Below, in pieces: positions 40,270-49,547 of a DNA stretch of 64,000 nucleotides (positions are counted from its first letter, which is position 1; every line of letters begins with the position of its first letter). The position numbers were made by a program, and so were the translations under genes. The DNA is from Deltaproteobacteria bacterium GWB2_55_19 (GTDB lineage Bacteria > Desulfobacterota > GWC2-55-46): positions 32,410-96,409 of the forward strand of contig MGPQ01000002.1 of assembly GCA_001797465.1 (NCBI GenBank), written 5' to 3'. The notes below the pieces were generated by a model. It saw only the letters and a list, made by a program, of their open reading frames with translations, made no database searches and was not told the origin of the DNA.

Positions 40270-42330
40270 TTAGACCTTGAACCTCCCTATCGCCTGCTGG
40301 AGCGAGCCTGAAAGGCCCGTCAGCGCGCCGGTCGCGCCGCTTATCTGCTCGGCGCCGGAGGATATGTCGCTGGAGAGAGCGGCTACCGACCCGATGTCCA
40401 TGCTTATCTGCTCGGAGACGCTCGTAAGCTGAGTCGTAGCCGTGGCTATCTGCTCGACCATTGAGTTCAGGTTCTTAACGCTGTCCACGATGTTCCCGAG
40501 GGCCCGGCCTGCCTGGACCGAGTACTCGACCCCGTCGCCGACCTTTTTCGCGCCTTCATCCATAGATGTTATCGCGGCCTGCACCTCGCCCTGTATCGTC
40601 TTTATCATGGCGTTTATCTGTGTCGTGGATTTGGCCGTCCGCTCCGAGAGGTTGCGGACCTCGTCGGCCACGACCGCGAACCCCCTGCCCTGCTCACCGG
40701 CGCGCGCCGCCTCTATCGCGGCGTTCAAGGCCAGGAGGTTAGTCTGCTCGGCTATATCGTTTATGACGCCGACTATCTTTCCTATCTGCTGGGAGCGGTC
40801 GCCCAGGGACTCAATGTTCCTCGCGAGTACCCCGACCATCTCTGAGATCGCCCTGACTTCGCTTATCGACCTCTCGACGATCTTCTCGCCCTCCTCGGCG
40901 AGTTCGCTCGCGCACGACGCCGTGGAGGCGATGGAAGAAGTGTTGTTGGCTATCTCGATTATCGTGTGCGACATCTCTTCCGAGGCGGCCGCGATCTGAG
41001 ACGCCTTCGCGGCCTGCCTTGACATCCCCTCGGACATCGAGTCGGAGTTGGCCTGTATTTCGCCGCTCGCCTCGGTGACTTTTTCGGCGGCGATCTCGAC
41101 GTCGCTCACTATCTCCTTGAGCTTGCCGACCATCTCGCCCATCGCGGCGTTCAAATCCGCTATCTCGTCTTTGGACCTTATCTCGGGCAACTTTACGTTG
41201 AGGTTGCCTCCTGCGATCTCTTTCACCGCGTCCGTAAGGTGCAGAAGCGGCTTCGTTATCCTGTCGGAGACGATGAAGATCACGACTATCGCTATCGCGA
41301 GCGTCACAATGACAGTAATGAGTATCGTCTGTTTTATCTTCCCGAGCGAGGACTTGCCCTCAAGCAGCTCGGAGTACGACTTCAACTGCGCGACCGACCA
41401 GTTGAAGGTCGACAGCTGCCTGTAAACGAGGTAGTGCGTCTCGCCGTTCAAATCAAAGGCGCCGTGGCCGCCCCTGCCGGACTTCATGGCAGTGAGGATC
41501 CCTGTAAACGCGGCGTCCTTCGAGATGGTATCGACCGAGGGCAGATAGTCTTTCAGGCTGTGGACCGCGTCCTCTGCGCCGTGGGCGCCCGCGTCGCCCT
41601 TAAGGTCTATGCTGATCTTGTTCCTGCTGTCCGCGACTATCATGCCCGCGGGGTCGATGACGAAGGTCCTCCCGGAGGTGTTCTCGGCGACCGTCTCCTG
41701 GAAGTAGGATATGGGTATCTCGAAGTGGTAGAACCCCGGCCTCGTCCCGTCGTCGAGGGCTATGGGAGATGTGTACGAAAAGACCCACTTGTGGGCGTCG
41801 GCGGACATATACGGGTACGCCACGTGGAACTCGCCTTTGGCGAGCCTCATCGTCGGGTCGAAGAACGGGGCCGCGTTCTCCTCGCTGGAAAAATCGTCGT
41901 CAGGCGCTATCTCTCCGAATGTTATCCTCGAGTGCTCCTGGCCGGTCGAATCTATGACGCAGGTCTCGGCGACCGGGAACTTGGACTGGACGAAGAGCGT
42001 CCAGTCGTCTATCTTCTTTTTGAGCCGCCTCTGATCAGGGGTGAACTGTATGACCTTCCCGGCGTTGTACCTGTTCCCGGCCTTTGTCTCCGGGAGCGAG
42101 AAGTATTCCTTGAAGACCGGGTAGTTCAGCGCGAATATGAGGTTTCCCCCGGCCTTCTCGTGGAAGGCGTTTATCCGGTGCGACACCCCTTCGAGCTCGT
42201 TCTCCATCGACTTGATCGCGTTCTGGACCACGGCCGTCTCAGTGGTCTTGAAGTTTATGTAGCTGTTCACGCTCAAGCCGAGGAGGATGAGGAGTACGAA
42301 GATAGCCAGAAACTTGTGTTTGATCTTCAA
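40270..42330 (-). CDS. Methyl-accepting chemotaxis protein with periplasmic Cache-type sensor
   Basis: TM, about 300-aa periplasmic domain, TM, HAMP, MCP signalling domain with a highly conserved core (ATNTSSIASTA...NLLALNAAIEAARAGEQGRGFAVVADEVRNLSERT). Confidence 0.9.
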   Translation of the reverse strand: MKIKHKFLAIFVLLILLGLSVNSYINFKTTETAVVQNAIKSMENELEGVSHRINAFHEKAGGNLIFALNYPVFKEYFSLPETKAGNRYNAGKVIQFTPDQRRLKKKIDDWTLFVQSKFPVAETCVIDSTGQEHSRITFGEIAPDDDFSSEENAAPFFDPTMRLAKGEFHVAYPYMSADAHKWVFSYTSPIALDDGTRPGFYHFEIPISYFQETVAENTSGRTFVIDPAGMIVADSRNKISIDLKGDAGAHGAEDAVHSLKDYLPSVDTISKDAAFTGILTAMKSGRGGHGAFDLNGETHYLVYRQLSTFNWSVAQLKSYSELLEGKSSLGKIKQTILITVIVTLAIAIVVIFIVSDRITKPLLHLTDAVKEIAGGNLNVKLPEIRSKDEIADLNAAMGEMVGKLKEIVSDVEIAAEKVTEASGEIQANSDSMSEGMSRQAAKASQIAAASEEMSHTIIEIANNTSSIASTASCASELAEEGEKIVERSISEVRAISEMVGVLARNIESLGDRSQQIGKIVGVINDIAEQTNLLALNAAIEAARAGEQGRGFAVVADEVRNLSERTAKSTTQINAMIKTIQGEVQAAITSMDEGAKKVGDGVEYSVQAGRALGNIVDSVKNLNSMVEQIATATTQLTSVSEQISMDIGSVAALSSDISSGAEQISGATGALTGLSGSLQQAIGRFKV

Positions 42331-42643
42331 TGTCCACCTCTCGTTTTTTAAGTCTTCAGCTTACCGCTATAATGGACGAGCCCAAAGCCCGCTTGAACAA
42401 CAACCCCAACAACCCTTCCCCTCTGGATTTTCTTGATATATCTTATTTTCGGCGTAATGTAGAAAATATTAAGCAATTTTTATGCCAGTAACCGGACAAC
42501 CCTCGCCTCAGGCCGATTCTTGCACTATAACCACTTACTTTTTCACACTTTTTTATTTAGCGGGTTTGAAAAGGAAGAGTGGCGGGCCGGCTACCAAAGA
42601 GCCCCTTATCGGCCTCTCAAACGAAAAAAGTCAAAAATTTGGT

Positions 42644-42672
42644 TTGACAAGGGGGCCTTTGCCGACTATCAT
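42644..42672 (+). promoter_or_regulatory. Sigma70-type promoter of the lipoprotein gene
   Basis: TTGACA (42644-49), 17 nt, TATCAT (42667-72). Confidence 0.45.
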
Positions 42673-42714
42673 TACAATTCAAAATTTTATTTTACCTTAT
42701 AGGAGGAGTGAGAA

Positions 42715-42894
42715 ATGAAGAAAATCGCAATGCTCGCAATTGGATCCATGTTCGTGCTGGCCTCGTTTACCGCCTGCAAGAAGCAGGAAGCACCGGCACC
42801 GGCACCGGCCGTAGTAGCCCCTGCGGAGACCGCGCCTGCGGTTGCGCCAGCGCCGGCTCCCGCGACACCCGCCCCTGCGGAGCACGCGAAGTAG
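42715..42894 (+). CDS. Small Ala/Pro-rich lipoprotein (59 aa); not in the ORF track
   Basis: AGGAGG RBS 8 nt upstream. MKKIAMLAIGSMFVLASFTAC lipobox, then (AP)n-rich tail. Strong terminator downstream. Confidence 0.65.
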   Translation: MKKIAMLAIGSMFVLASFTACKKQEAPAPAPAVVAPAETAPAVAPAPAPATPAPAEHAK

Positions 42895-42937
42895 CTGACA
42901 AAGGGCCGTAAAGACCGGCCGAGTAGGGTAATAACAG

Positions 42938-42998
42938 AAAGGCCGCAGAGGTTTTTGGAAGGGTACTCCCCTCCACTCTGCGGCCTTTCTGTTTTTGG
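42938..42998 (+). terminator. Rho-independent terminator of the lipoprotein gene
   Basis: aaaggccgcagag...ctctgcggccttt followed by CTGTTTTTGG. Confidence 0.6.
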
Positions 42999-43146
42999 AG
43001 CAATTTGATGAAACCGGGGGACGCTAATCCCTTCTCCACTTCGAACTGGACTGCGACAACAGTCGCTCGCTCGACATGACCGGGGGCAGGAAAAGGCCCC
43101 GGCTAAAAAGTCCGTCGAGGCAAGGGGCTGTTTTACAGGGCTGGCC

Positions 43147-43320
43147 CTACCCGCCCTTTTCCAGGTTCTTCACCATCTCAGTAAAGTAGTCGTCCTGAAT
43201 GGTCGTCGAATCCGCGCACTTCGGGCACTTGATAACAGCGCCTTTTTTGAGGTCCTTAGCCTTTTTCTTGAAAACAGTCTGACACGATGGGCAGGTTATG
43301 TCTATTGCGAGCTCAGCCAT
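43147..43320 (-). CDS. Small zinc-ribbon protein (57 aa); not in the ORF track
   Basis: GGAGAT RBS; MAELAIDITCPSCQTVFKKKAKDLKKGAVIKCPKCADSTTIQ... (CPxC...CPKC). Confidence 0.55.
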   Translation of the reverse strand: MAELAIDITCPSCQTVFKKKAKDLKKGAVIKCPKCADSTTIQDDYFTEMVKNLEKGG

Positions 43321-43427
43321 AGATAGTATCTCCTTCCGGATAGTATTAACTTTTTACCACAAACCGGCCCCCGTGGCAATAAGCCTAAAGGCCCTGCCCA
43401 ACAGGCCTCGTACAGGGCCTCACTAAA

Positions 43428-43460
43428 AAAAGGCCGCCGAAAAGGTTCGGCGGCCTCTCA
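43428..43460 (-). terminator. Rho-independent terminator (minus strand)
   Basis: Minus strand ggccgccgaaccttttcggcggcc followed by TTTTTTT. Confidence 0.65.
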
Positions 43461-43481
43461 GCTCTCCTGCGCGTCCCCTTC

Positions 43482-43577
43482 TTAGCTCAAGGCCGACATC
43501 CCGGCTACTATAACTATTGCGAGAGAAATGGTCGCCATGTCGTAAACCGTACTTAAGGTGACCTGTCTCCTCCTCAT
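43482..43577 (-). CDS. Candidate 31-aa single-TM membrane peptide
   Basis: GAGGAGG 7 nt upstream of ATG. MRRRQVTLSTVYDMATISLAIVIVAGMSALS. Stops 22 nt before the strong terminator. The overlapping 69-aa ORF-track frame runs through the terminator hairpin. Confidence 0.3.
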   Translation of the reverse strand: MRRRQVTLSTVYDMATISLAIVIVAGMSALS

Positions 43578-43780
43578 CTCGCCGCCTCCTCATCTGCTTT
43601 TTTGTCCATCTCCTGCCTTTCATTATAAACAATGGGGATTAAAGGATTATTAGGCGGCGGGGGTGGTTTTTCAGGGTATTCGAACAAGGCCCCTGTCTTT
43701 AATAACCGAATGATTTAAAAGACTATTTTTGCAGATAACGGGACGCCGGAGCGGGTATGCAGTAGGGCGCGCCGATTTGG

Positions 43781-43809
43781 TTGGAAAAAAATCCCCCTTG
43801 GAGTATAAT
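43781..43809 (+). promoter_or_regulatory. Sigma70-type promoter of the usp gene
   Basis: TTGGAA, 17 nt, TATAAT (43804-09), about 70 nt upstream of the start. Confidence 0.45.
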
Positions 43810-43877
43810 CTACGGGGAAAATCTTTTCAGGGTCCGGGGAAAAGAACAATTTTTAGATGGCCCCTAAAAGGCGGCTT

Positions 43878-44330
43878 ATGGAATACCGGTGCATAGTCTG
43901 CCCCATAGACGAATCAGGCCTCTCGGACAAGGCCGAGGAGACGGCCGCGTATCTGAGCGGCCTGACAGGTGCGCGCCTAATACTCGTCTATGTCATGCAC
44001 AAATGGTACGACTCCTCGATACTCGTCACCGACTCCGAGGAGTGGGGGAAGATCCACCAGCAATGGCTCGACGATGGCAGGGAACTCCTTGACAGGGAGG
44101 CGGAAAGACTCAGGGCCCGCGGCATCAGGAACATTAAAACAGAGCTCAGGGACGGCGAGACGGCCTACGAGATAATCCAGATAGCGTTCGAGCAACACGC
44201 GAACCTCATCGTAATGGCGACCGAGCGCGCCTCTCTCGTCGAAAAGCTCTTCGGGAATTCCGTTTCTTACAACGTCACCAACAAAGCGCCCTGCCCGGTA
44301 CTCTGGGTCTACTCGCATCCGAGGGAGTAG
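43878..44330 (+). CDS. Universal stress protein (UspA family)
   Basis: Usp fold motifs (ILVYVMH..., GNSVSYNVTNKAPCPVLWV). ATG 43878 has AAGG upstream (ORF track starts at 43857). Confidence 0.75.
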   Translation: MEYRCIVCPIDESGLSDKAEETAAYLSGLTGARLILVYVMHKWYDSSILVTDSEEWGKIHQQWLDDGRELLDREAERLRARGIRNIKTELRDGETAYEIIQIAFEQHANLIVMATERASLVEKLFGNSVSYNVTNKAPCPVLWVYSHPRE

Positions 44331-44397
44331 GTACGGCCAGGGGGGCCGTGAATTGCGCCTCAAACATGCTTCAGCATCTGAGATTACGGAGGGGAAG

Positions 44398-45261
44398 ATG
44401 ACTTTAAAAAAGGCATTCGCTTTTTTCATACTGCTCGCGCTCTCGTTTCTCCCGAACGCCTCGTCAGCAACGGGATTCGAGGAGCCGAAGGTCGAGTACT
44501 CGGCGGACTCCTACTTCGAGGCCGAGGGCATGACGATGAAGTCGATGGTCTTCCACGCGCCCGGGAAGGAAAGACGGGATATGGAGGGCATGGTAATGAT
44601 CATCAGGCGGGATAAGAAGGTCGTCTGGCAGCTCATGCCCGATATGAGGAAGTACATGGAGAACCCGATAGAGAAGGCCGACAGGAAATCAGACGACCTC
44701 TCGGATTACAAGGTCGTACAGACGGTCATAGGCCCCGACACCATCGAGGGCTTGAAGACCACGAAGTACAAGGTCGTCATGACGGACAAGAAGGGCAACC
44801 GGCAGACGGGCCTCATGTGGGCGACGAAAGACGGCATCATGGTCAGGCTCGAGGCCGAGGGCGAGCACGACGGCAAAAAAATGAAGATGAAGAACTACCT
44901 CAGGAACGTAAAGATAGCCAAACAGGACCCGAAGCTCTTCGAGATACCGGCCGGGTATACCAGCATGGGCTCTGTCATGGACATGTTCAGGGGCGCGCAG
45001 GAAGACGCGCGGAAGGCCCAGGAAGACGCGGACAGGAAAGCTAAAGAAGCCGAGGCAAAGCGTGCCAAAGAGGAAGCGGCGCGGAAAAAGGCTAAGGAGG
45101 AAAGGGACTATACCGCCTCTGAGCGCGATTATACTTCAGGCGAGCGCGACTACACCTCATCCCCGAGACAGAAGACCTCAACCACCACCGGGTCGGCCCC
45201 GAGCTCAACCGACGCCGCCAAGGACACCGCTAAAAAGCTCTGGAAACTCTTCGGCAAATAA
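44398..45261 (+). CDS. Secreted DUF4412-like protein with charged Lys/Glu/Ala tail and ERDYT x3 repeats
   Basis: GGAGGGGAAG RBS; signal peptide MTLKKAFAFFILLALSFL. C-terminal KEAEAKRAKEEAARKKAKE followed by ERDYTASERDYTSGERDYTSS. Confidence 0.5.
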   Translation: MTLKKAFAFFILLALSFLPNASSATGFEEPKVEYSADSYFEAEGMTMKSMVFHAPGKERRDMEGMVMIIRRDKKVVWQLMPDMRKYMENPIEKADRKSDDLSDYKVVQTVIGPDTIEGLKTTKYKVVMTDKKGNRQTGLMWATKDGIMVRLEAEGEHDGKKMKMKNYLRNVKIAKQDPKLFEIPAGYTSMGSVMDMFRGAQEDARKAQEDADRKAKEAEAKRAKEEAARKKAKEERDYTASERDYTSGERDYTSSPRQKTSTTTGSAPSSTDAAKDTAKKLWKLFGK

Positions 45262-45272
45262 GCCCGCAGGCA

Positions 45273-46097
45273 ATGCGCCACTCGATCTCTTTTATAATGC
45301 TATTTGTTTTCCTCGGCGCCGCCCTCCCGGGCGGCGCTTTTGCTTCCCCGGCCGATGACCCGTTCGCGTTCAAGGCATCGGCCTATCTCGTAAAGGCCGA
45401 CGGCAAGGTCGTCTGGTCGCGTAACCCGGATAAAAGGCTATCTCCCGCGTCCCTCACCAAGATAATGACCGCCCGTCTCGCACTTAAAAAAGGAGCGCTC
45501 GAAGAACTTGTGACGGTTTCAAGAGCGGCCTCGCAGGAGACCGGCTCCCGCCTCGGGCTTAAGGCAGGCGAAAAGATGTACCTCGGGTTTCTCATTTCAG
45601 CCGCGCTACTTAAGTCAGCTAACGACGCCTGCCATGCCGTAGCCGACCACGTCGGAGGCTCTGAAGCCGCGTTCGTCGTGATGATGAACCGGGAGGCGGC
45701 CGCGCTCGGGCTTAAGGACACCCGATTCAGGAACGCCTGCGGGCACGACGAGGACGGCCATTACTCGACGGCGCGCGACCTCTCCGTACTCGCCGAGGCA
45801 ACGCTTAAGGACAGGGCCTTCACCGATATAGTCTCGCTCGTAGCTCTCGATATCACGACCGCGGGCGGAAAGCGGCGGTTCAGGGTCGAGAATACGAACG
45901 AGCTGATGGGGAGGTACTCCGGCGCGATAGGCGTAAAATCCGGGTTTACATCGAAAGCGGGCAAATGCGTCATAGCGCTCGTCGAGCGGGACGGCAAAAG
46001 GCTCCTCCTCGTCATGCTTAACGCCCCGAACAGGTGGTGGGACGCGGTAGAGGCGTTAGACGCCGGGTTCGCCGCTGTAAAGAAGGCCTCGAAGTGA
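45273..46097 (+). CDS. D-alanyl-D-alanine carboxypeptidase (S11 peptidase, PBP5/6-like)
   Basis: Signal peptide; SxxK (SPASLTKIM), SxN (LKSAND), KTG-like (KSGFT) motifs. Confidence 0.8.
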   Translation: MRHSISFIMLFVFLGAALPGGAFASPADDPFAFKASAYLVKADGKVVWSRNPDKRLSPASLTKIMTARLALKKGALEELVTVSRAASQETGSRLGLKAGEKMYLGFLISAALLKSANDACHAVADHVGGSEAAFVVMMNREAAALGLKDTRFRNACGHDEDGHYSTARDLSVLAEATLKDRAFTDIVSLVALDITTAGGKRRFRVENTNELMGRYSGAIGVKSGFTSKAGKCVIALVERDGKRLLLVMLNAPNRWWDAVEALDAGFAAVKKASK

Positions 46098-47395
46098 AGA
46101 CTGCGGCCGTCATCGCCGCTGTGTTCGCAGTCTACCTTAACGCGCTCCTATACGGGTCTTTCCAGTTCGACGACTTCAATGTCATCGTAAACAACCCTTC
46201 GGTCCACTCACTCGATGCGTGGCTGGGAGGGCTCTCAAGCGGCATAAGGCCGTTGCTCAAATTCACCTACGCCGCGAACTGGGCGCTCTCGGACGGACCC
46301 TTCGGTTTTCACCTCTTTAACATAATTGTCCACGCGGCGTCCTCGGTCTTCGTCTTAAAACTATCGGAACTGTTCATGGAAAGGTCAGGCGTCGGCAAGG
46401 GCGCCGCGCTCTTTACCGCGCTCCTCTTCGCGCTCCACCCTATACAGACAGAGGCCGTTACCTACATATCCGGCAGGTCGTCTTCCCTCATGGCTATGCT
46501 CCTCCTCGCCTCGCTCTTTTTTTACGAGAAGGGGCGGGACAAAGGGGTTGCGCTCACATACCTCGCCTCCCCGTTCTTTTTTCTGCTCGCCGTGGGCGTC
46601 AAGGAAACGGCCGTGATCTTCCCATTCGCGCTTGTTTTATGGGACTGGGCCCTGGGCCGGGGGATGCGGGAATCGCTCAAAAAGCAGGCGACGCACTGGG
46701 GGCTTCTGCTACTCGCGGTGTTTTTCATCCTCGCAGGCTACAACCGCTTCTTTAGCGGGCTGGACCCGAGGGGGTTGTCATCGACGGTCTTAAGCAATGT
46801 AAACGGCGTTCAATATCTCCTCTCGAGGTTCGCGTTCATCCACGCGCTGAACATCGACCCCGACCTGCCAATATTGACTGCGTGGGACGCGCCGCTCATC
46901 GCAAAGGCGGTCTTCCTGTCAGCTCTGCTTGTCTCAGGGTTTCTGCTCGTCAGGAAAAGGCCCTGGGCCGGGTTCGGGATAGTCTGGCTCTTTCTCTTTA
47001 TCCTGCCGACGAATTCCGTCATACCGAGGATGGATGTGGCGAACGAGCGCCACCTTTATATCGGCGGGTTCGGGGTATTCCTCGCCGTTTCAGGCGAACT
47101 CTCAAAGATTGCAAATAATCTCGGGAGGAGGAGCGCCATAGCCGTAGCCGCGGCGCTCCTCTTGATACTCGGCGCGGCGACCGTCGCGAAAAACAGGGAT
47201 TACAGGGATGAGACGACGCTCTGGGAGGCTACCGTCAGGCTCTCCCCCGCAAAGCCCAGGGCCTGGAACAACCTCGGGTTCGCGTATTCCGCCGAGGGGA
47301 GGGAGAAGGAGGCACGAATGGCGTACATGGAGGCGCTCCGCCTCGACCCCGGATACAGAAAGGCGGAGAGGAACATTCAGGCGCTCGGCGACTGA
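46094..47395 (+). CDS. TMTC/PMT-like polytopic membrane protein with C-terminal TPR repeats (second paralog)
   Basis: ORF track gives 46034 (GTG) in a different frame from dacA. A GTG at 46094 overlapping the dacA stop (GTGA) is more parsimonious. About 10 TM helices plus TPR (WNNLGFAYSAEGREKEARMAYMEALRLDPGY). Confidence 0.6.
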   Translation: MKTAAVIAAVFAVYLNALLYGSFQFDDFNVIVNNPSVHSLDAWLGGLSSGIRPLLKFTYAANWALSDGPFGFHLFNIIVHAASSVFVLKLSELFMERSGVGKGAALFTALLFALHPIQTEAVTYISGRSSSLMAMLLLASLFFYEKGRDKGVALTYLASPFFFLLAVGVKETAVIFPFALVLWDWALGRGMRESLKKQATHWGLLLLAVFFILAGYNRFFSGLDPRGLSSTVLSNVNGVQYLLSRFAFIHALNIDPDLPILTAWDAPLIAKAVFLSALLVSGFLLVRKRPWAGFGIVWLFLFILPTNSVIPRMDVANERHLYIGGFGVFLAVSGELSKIANNLGRRSAIAVAAALLLILGAATVAKNRDYRDETTLWEATVRLSPAKPRAWNNLGFAYSAEGREKEARMAYMEALRLDPGYRKAERNIQALGD

Positions 47396-47399
47396 TAAA

Positions 47400-47940
47400 T
47401 CTCCGCCAAGGAAGCCTTGTCACTCACCCCCCCCCGTTTGCGGGTTCAGGTTTGTAACCTGAACCTTTTTGATTCATGACCCGATATACGCCTGATGGGT
47501 AATTCCAATTCTTCTGCCTAAAGCCCGTTGCGCCCTGCCGGGCTTTTTTTCGGCATGTGGATTCTCGCTACGCCCTCCCCTCCCATTCGCTCGCCCCTTA
47601 GGGCGCTGTCGCGCCTTTTTACTTCCCCGGCTCGCTCATATGGCTACCTCCCTTAAGGTCGCTCACCCCATGCCTGGGAGTTTTGAGAAACAAAAAAATT
47701 TATTTTTCGTTTTGTTTTACCAATACACAGGCGCAGGGCGGAAAACGCATAAGGGAGGAAGAGGCGAGCGCGCGAAGCGCGCAAAAAGGCCTGGACAAAA
47801 GGTTCACATAGCCGTACAAGCGAAACCGGGTTACGAATCAAAGGGTTCAGGTTGCAGACCTGAACCCGCAAAAGGCTGATAAATCCAAGCCGAGGGAACC
47901 TATTACCAAAAAAACTCCCCCTCCCCTTGCCCTCTCCCGC
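47400..47940. repeat. Copy 4 of the mosaic repeat family (complete: X-rc, Y, Z, X, with about 30-bp terminal inverted hairpin modules)
   Basis: 47438-47470 gcgggttcaggtttgtaacctgaacc and 47848-47878 gggttcaggttgcagacctgaacccgc are inverted. Internal modules are shared with the other three copies. Confidence 0.7.
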
Positions 47941-47968
47941 AAGGGGAGGGGGATTTAAGAACCACGCG

Positions 47969-48946
47969 TCAGAATATTATATTGGGCCGTATGATAAACT
48001 GGAAGTTCTCGCGCTCCGGCGGGTACTGGAGGTCTCCTGAGTACCTGTCCTCGCTCTCCCAGATGAAACCGGCGGCGATCGTAAAGCCGACGTGGCGTCC
48101 CTTCAGGGGCCAGCGCCTGTCCACCGTCAATATGTGGCGTATGGGCTTCAGGGTCTCGCTGTCCATGTCGAATTTGTACTCGAAGCCGCTGTTCTTAAGT
48201 ATCGATTCAGACTCCTCGAAGTCGAGCCTCCCTCTCCTGACAGAGACATAGACGACGTCCTTTATGTCCGGGTTTGAATGTACCTTGCCGCCGACCCTGA
48301 ACGACCAGTGGAGGTCGTGTGTCGAGAACTTCCTGTCCCCCTTTATCTTCCACTCGAACTCGAGCCAGTCGTCCTCGATGAGCCTGTTGTCCTTTATGTG
48401 GTAGTCGCCGTAGCTTACGAGGTATCCCATGTACCCGAAGTTGCCGCTCCGCCACGGCTCATTCTGGCGCGTGAACGAGACCACATTGCCGAGGAATAGA
48501 GACACCGCGTAGGGCTCCTCGAAGCCGGCGGTGACGGCCTTGACGAGGTTCAGGCTGTCGGTTATCTCGCCGCCACTGTACAGGCCCTCCATGTTGCTGT
48601 TTATGAAGACGCCGAGGTTTGGCATGGGGAATACCGCGGCCTCGAGGACGAGGAAACGCGGTATATAGGAGCTGAAGAGGAGGTCCTTATAGACGAGAAA
48701 CTCGTCCCTCTCACCGACGTCCGGTATCGGCTCGTCGGTGAGGCTCAGGTAAAGCCCGACGTTCGAGTAATACGCGTCGAGCTCGCTCTCCCAGCTTACG
48801 GTCTTTTTTGAAGGAGGCGGGGCGGCCTCTTCGGCCTTTTCTGCCGGGGCGTGCTCGGCCCGCGCCGGAGCGGAAAAGGCGAAGAACATTAATGGCAGTA
48901 TAATGAGAAGCCTTGTAAAAAAGGGGGACATCAGGGGACCCGGCAT
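47969..48946 (-). CDS. Hypothetical secreted protein, possible outer-membrane beta-barrel (C-terminal Phe)
   Basis: ORF track extends to 49066. The signal-peptide-like MSPFFTRLLIILPLMFFAFSAPARA begins near 48931-48946. Alternating beta pattern and C-terminal ...IIRPNIIF. Confidence 0.4.
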   Translation of the reverse strand: MPGPLMSPFFTRLLIILPLMFFAFSAPARAEHAPAEKAEEAAPPPSKKTVSWESELDAYYSNVGLYLSLTDEPIPDVGERDEFLVYKDLLFSSYIPRFLVLEAAVFPMPNLGVFINSNMEGLYSGGEITDSLNLVKAVTAGFEEPYAVSLFLGNVVSFTRQNEPWRSGNFGYMGYLVSYGDYHIKDNRLIEDDWLEFEWKIKGDRKFSTHDLHWSFRVGGKVHSNPDIKDVVYVSVRRGRLDFEESESILKNSGFEYKFDMDSETLKPIRHILTVDRRWPLKGRHVGFTIAAGFIWESEDRYSGDLQYPPERENFQFIIRPNIIF

Positions 48947-49118
48947 TTTTTTCTTGTGGCATATTAGCAGGTTTCGGATGGGAAGGGAATGGGGAAGAAG
49001 GGGCGGTGCTTTTTTAGAATGGACACCCGGCGGACGAACCAAAGGCGGCCATGAATTGATAAGCACGGGCGGTCTTCAATATACCCAGGCTAAACAGGTA
49101 TTCTCGCCAAGGCCTCGC

Positions 49119-49547
49119 CTAATCGTATATCGTGTACCCGTTCTGAGAGAGCCAGTTCGACTGCTCGGCGCTTATTCTCCTCTCGCAGGTGTACCTCTTG
49201 GAATCGTATACCCTCACCCACCCGAGCTTTTCGAGGTCGCCGACCTTCTGCCCTAAAACGCAGTACGCCAGCACGTCGTGGTTCACCTGCGGACAGCCGT
49301 AGAACCTGCCGTCCCGCGAGAGCCACCCTGAGGTGAGATCGTCGTTATGAAAGGGCGTCTTTGTCCAGTCGAGGTCCGTAAGGTGCGCGGCCTCCTCCGC
49401 CTCCTTTACTATATCGTCGCCGTGCTTCTCCCTGTATATGTTCCGCGCAACCCCTATCCACTTCTCGCCAATATCTAGCGACCAGTAGAAGGGCCTGGGC
49501 TTATTGGAGGCAGAGCCTCCCGGGGAAACGAGATAGAATTTTTGCAC
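49119..49547 (-). CDS. Hypothetical protein (142 aa)
   Basis: Clean ORF with coding-like composition; no recognisable motifs. Confidence 0.4.
   Translation of the reverse strand: MQKFYLVSPGGSASNKPRPFYWSLDIGEKWIGVARNIYREKHGDDIVKEAEEAAHLTDLDWTKTPFHNDDLTSGWLSRDGRFYGCPQVNHDVLAYCVLGQKVGDLEKLGWVRVYDSKRYTCERRISAEQSNWLSQNGYTIYD

Noticed and set aside
41239-42351. 370-aa plus-strand ORF antisense to the MCP gene
   Set aside because: The MCP signalling domain on the minus strand is unmistakable; the plus-strand product is Arg/Val/Gly-rich noise.
43423-43632. 69-aa minus-strand ORF from the ORF track
   Set aside because: Its frame runs straight through a perfect terminator hairpin. A 31-aa frame with a strong RBS that stops before the hairpin is more plausible.
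46034-46093. GTG 46034 start for the TMTC-like gene
   Set aside because: It would overlap dacA by 64 nt. The GTG at 46094 overlapping the dacA stop (GTGA) is more parsimonious.
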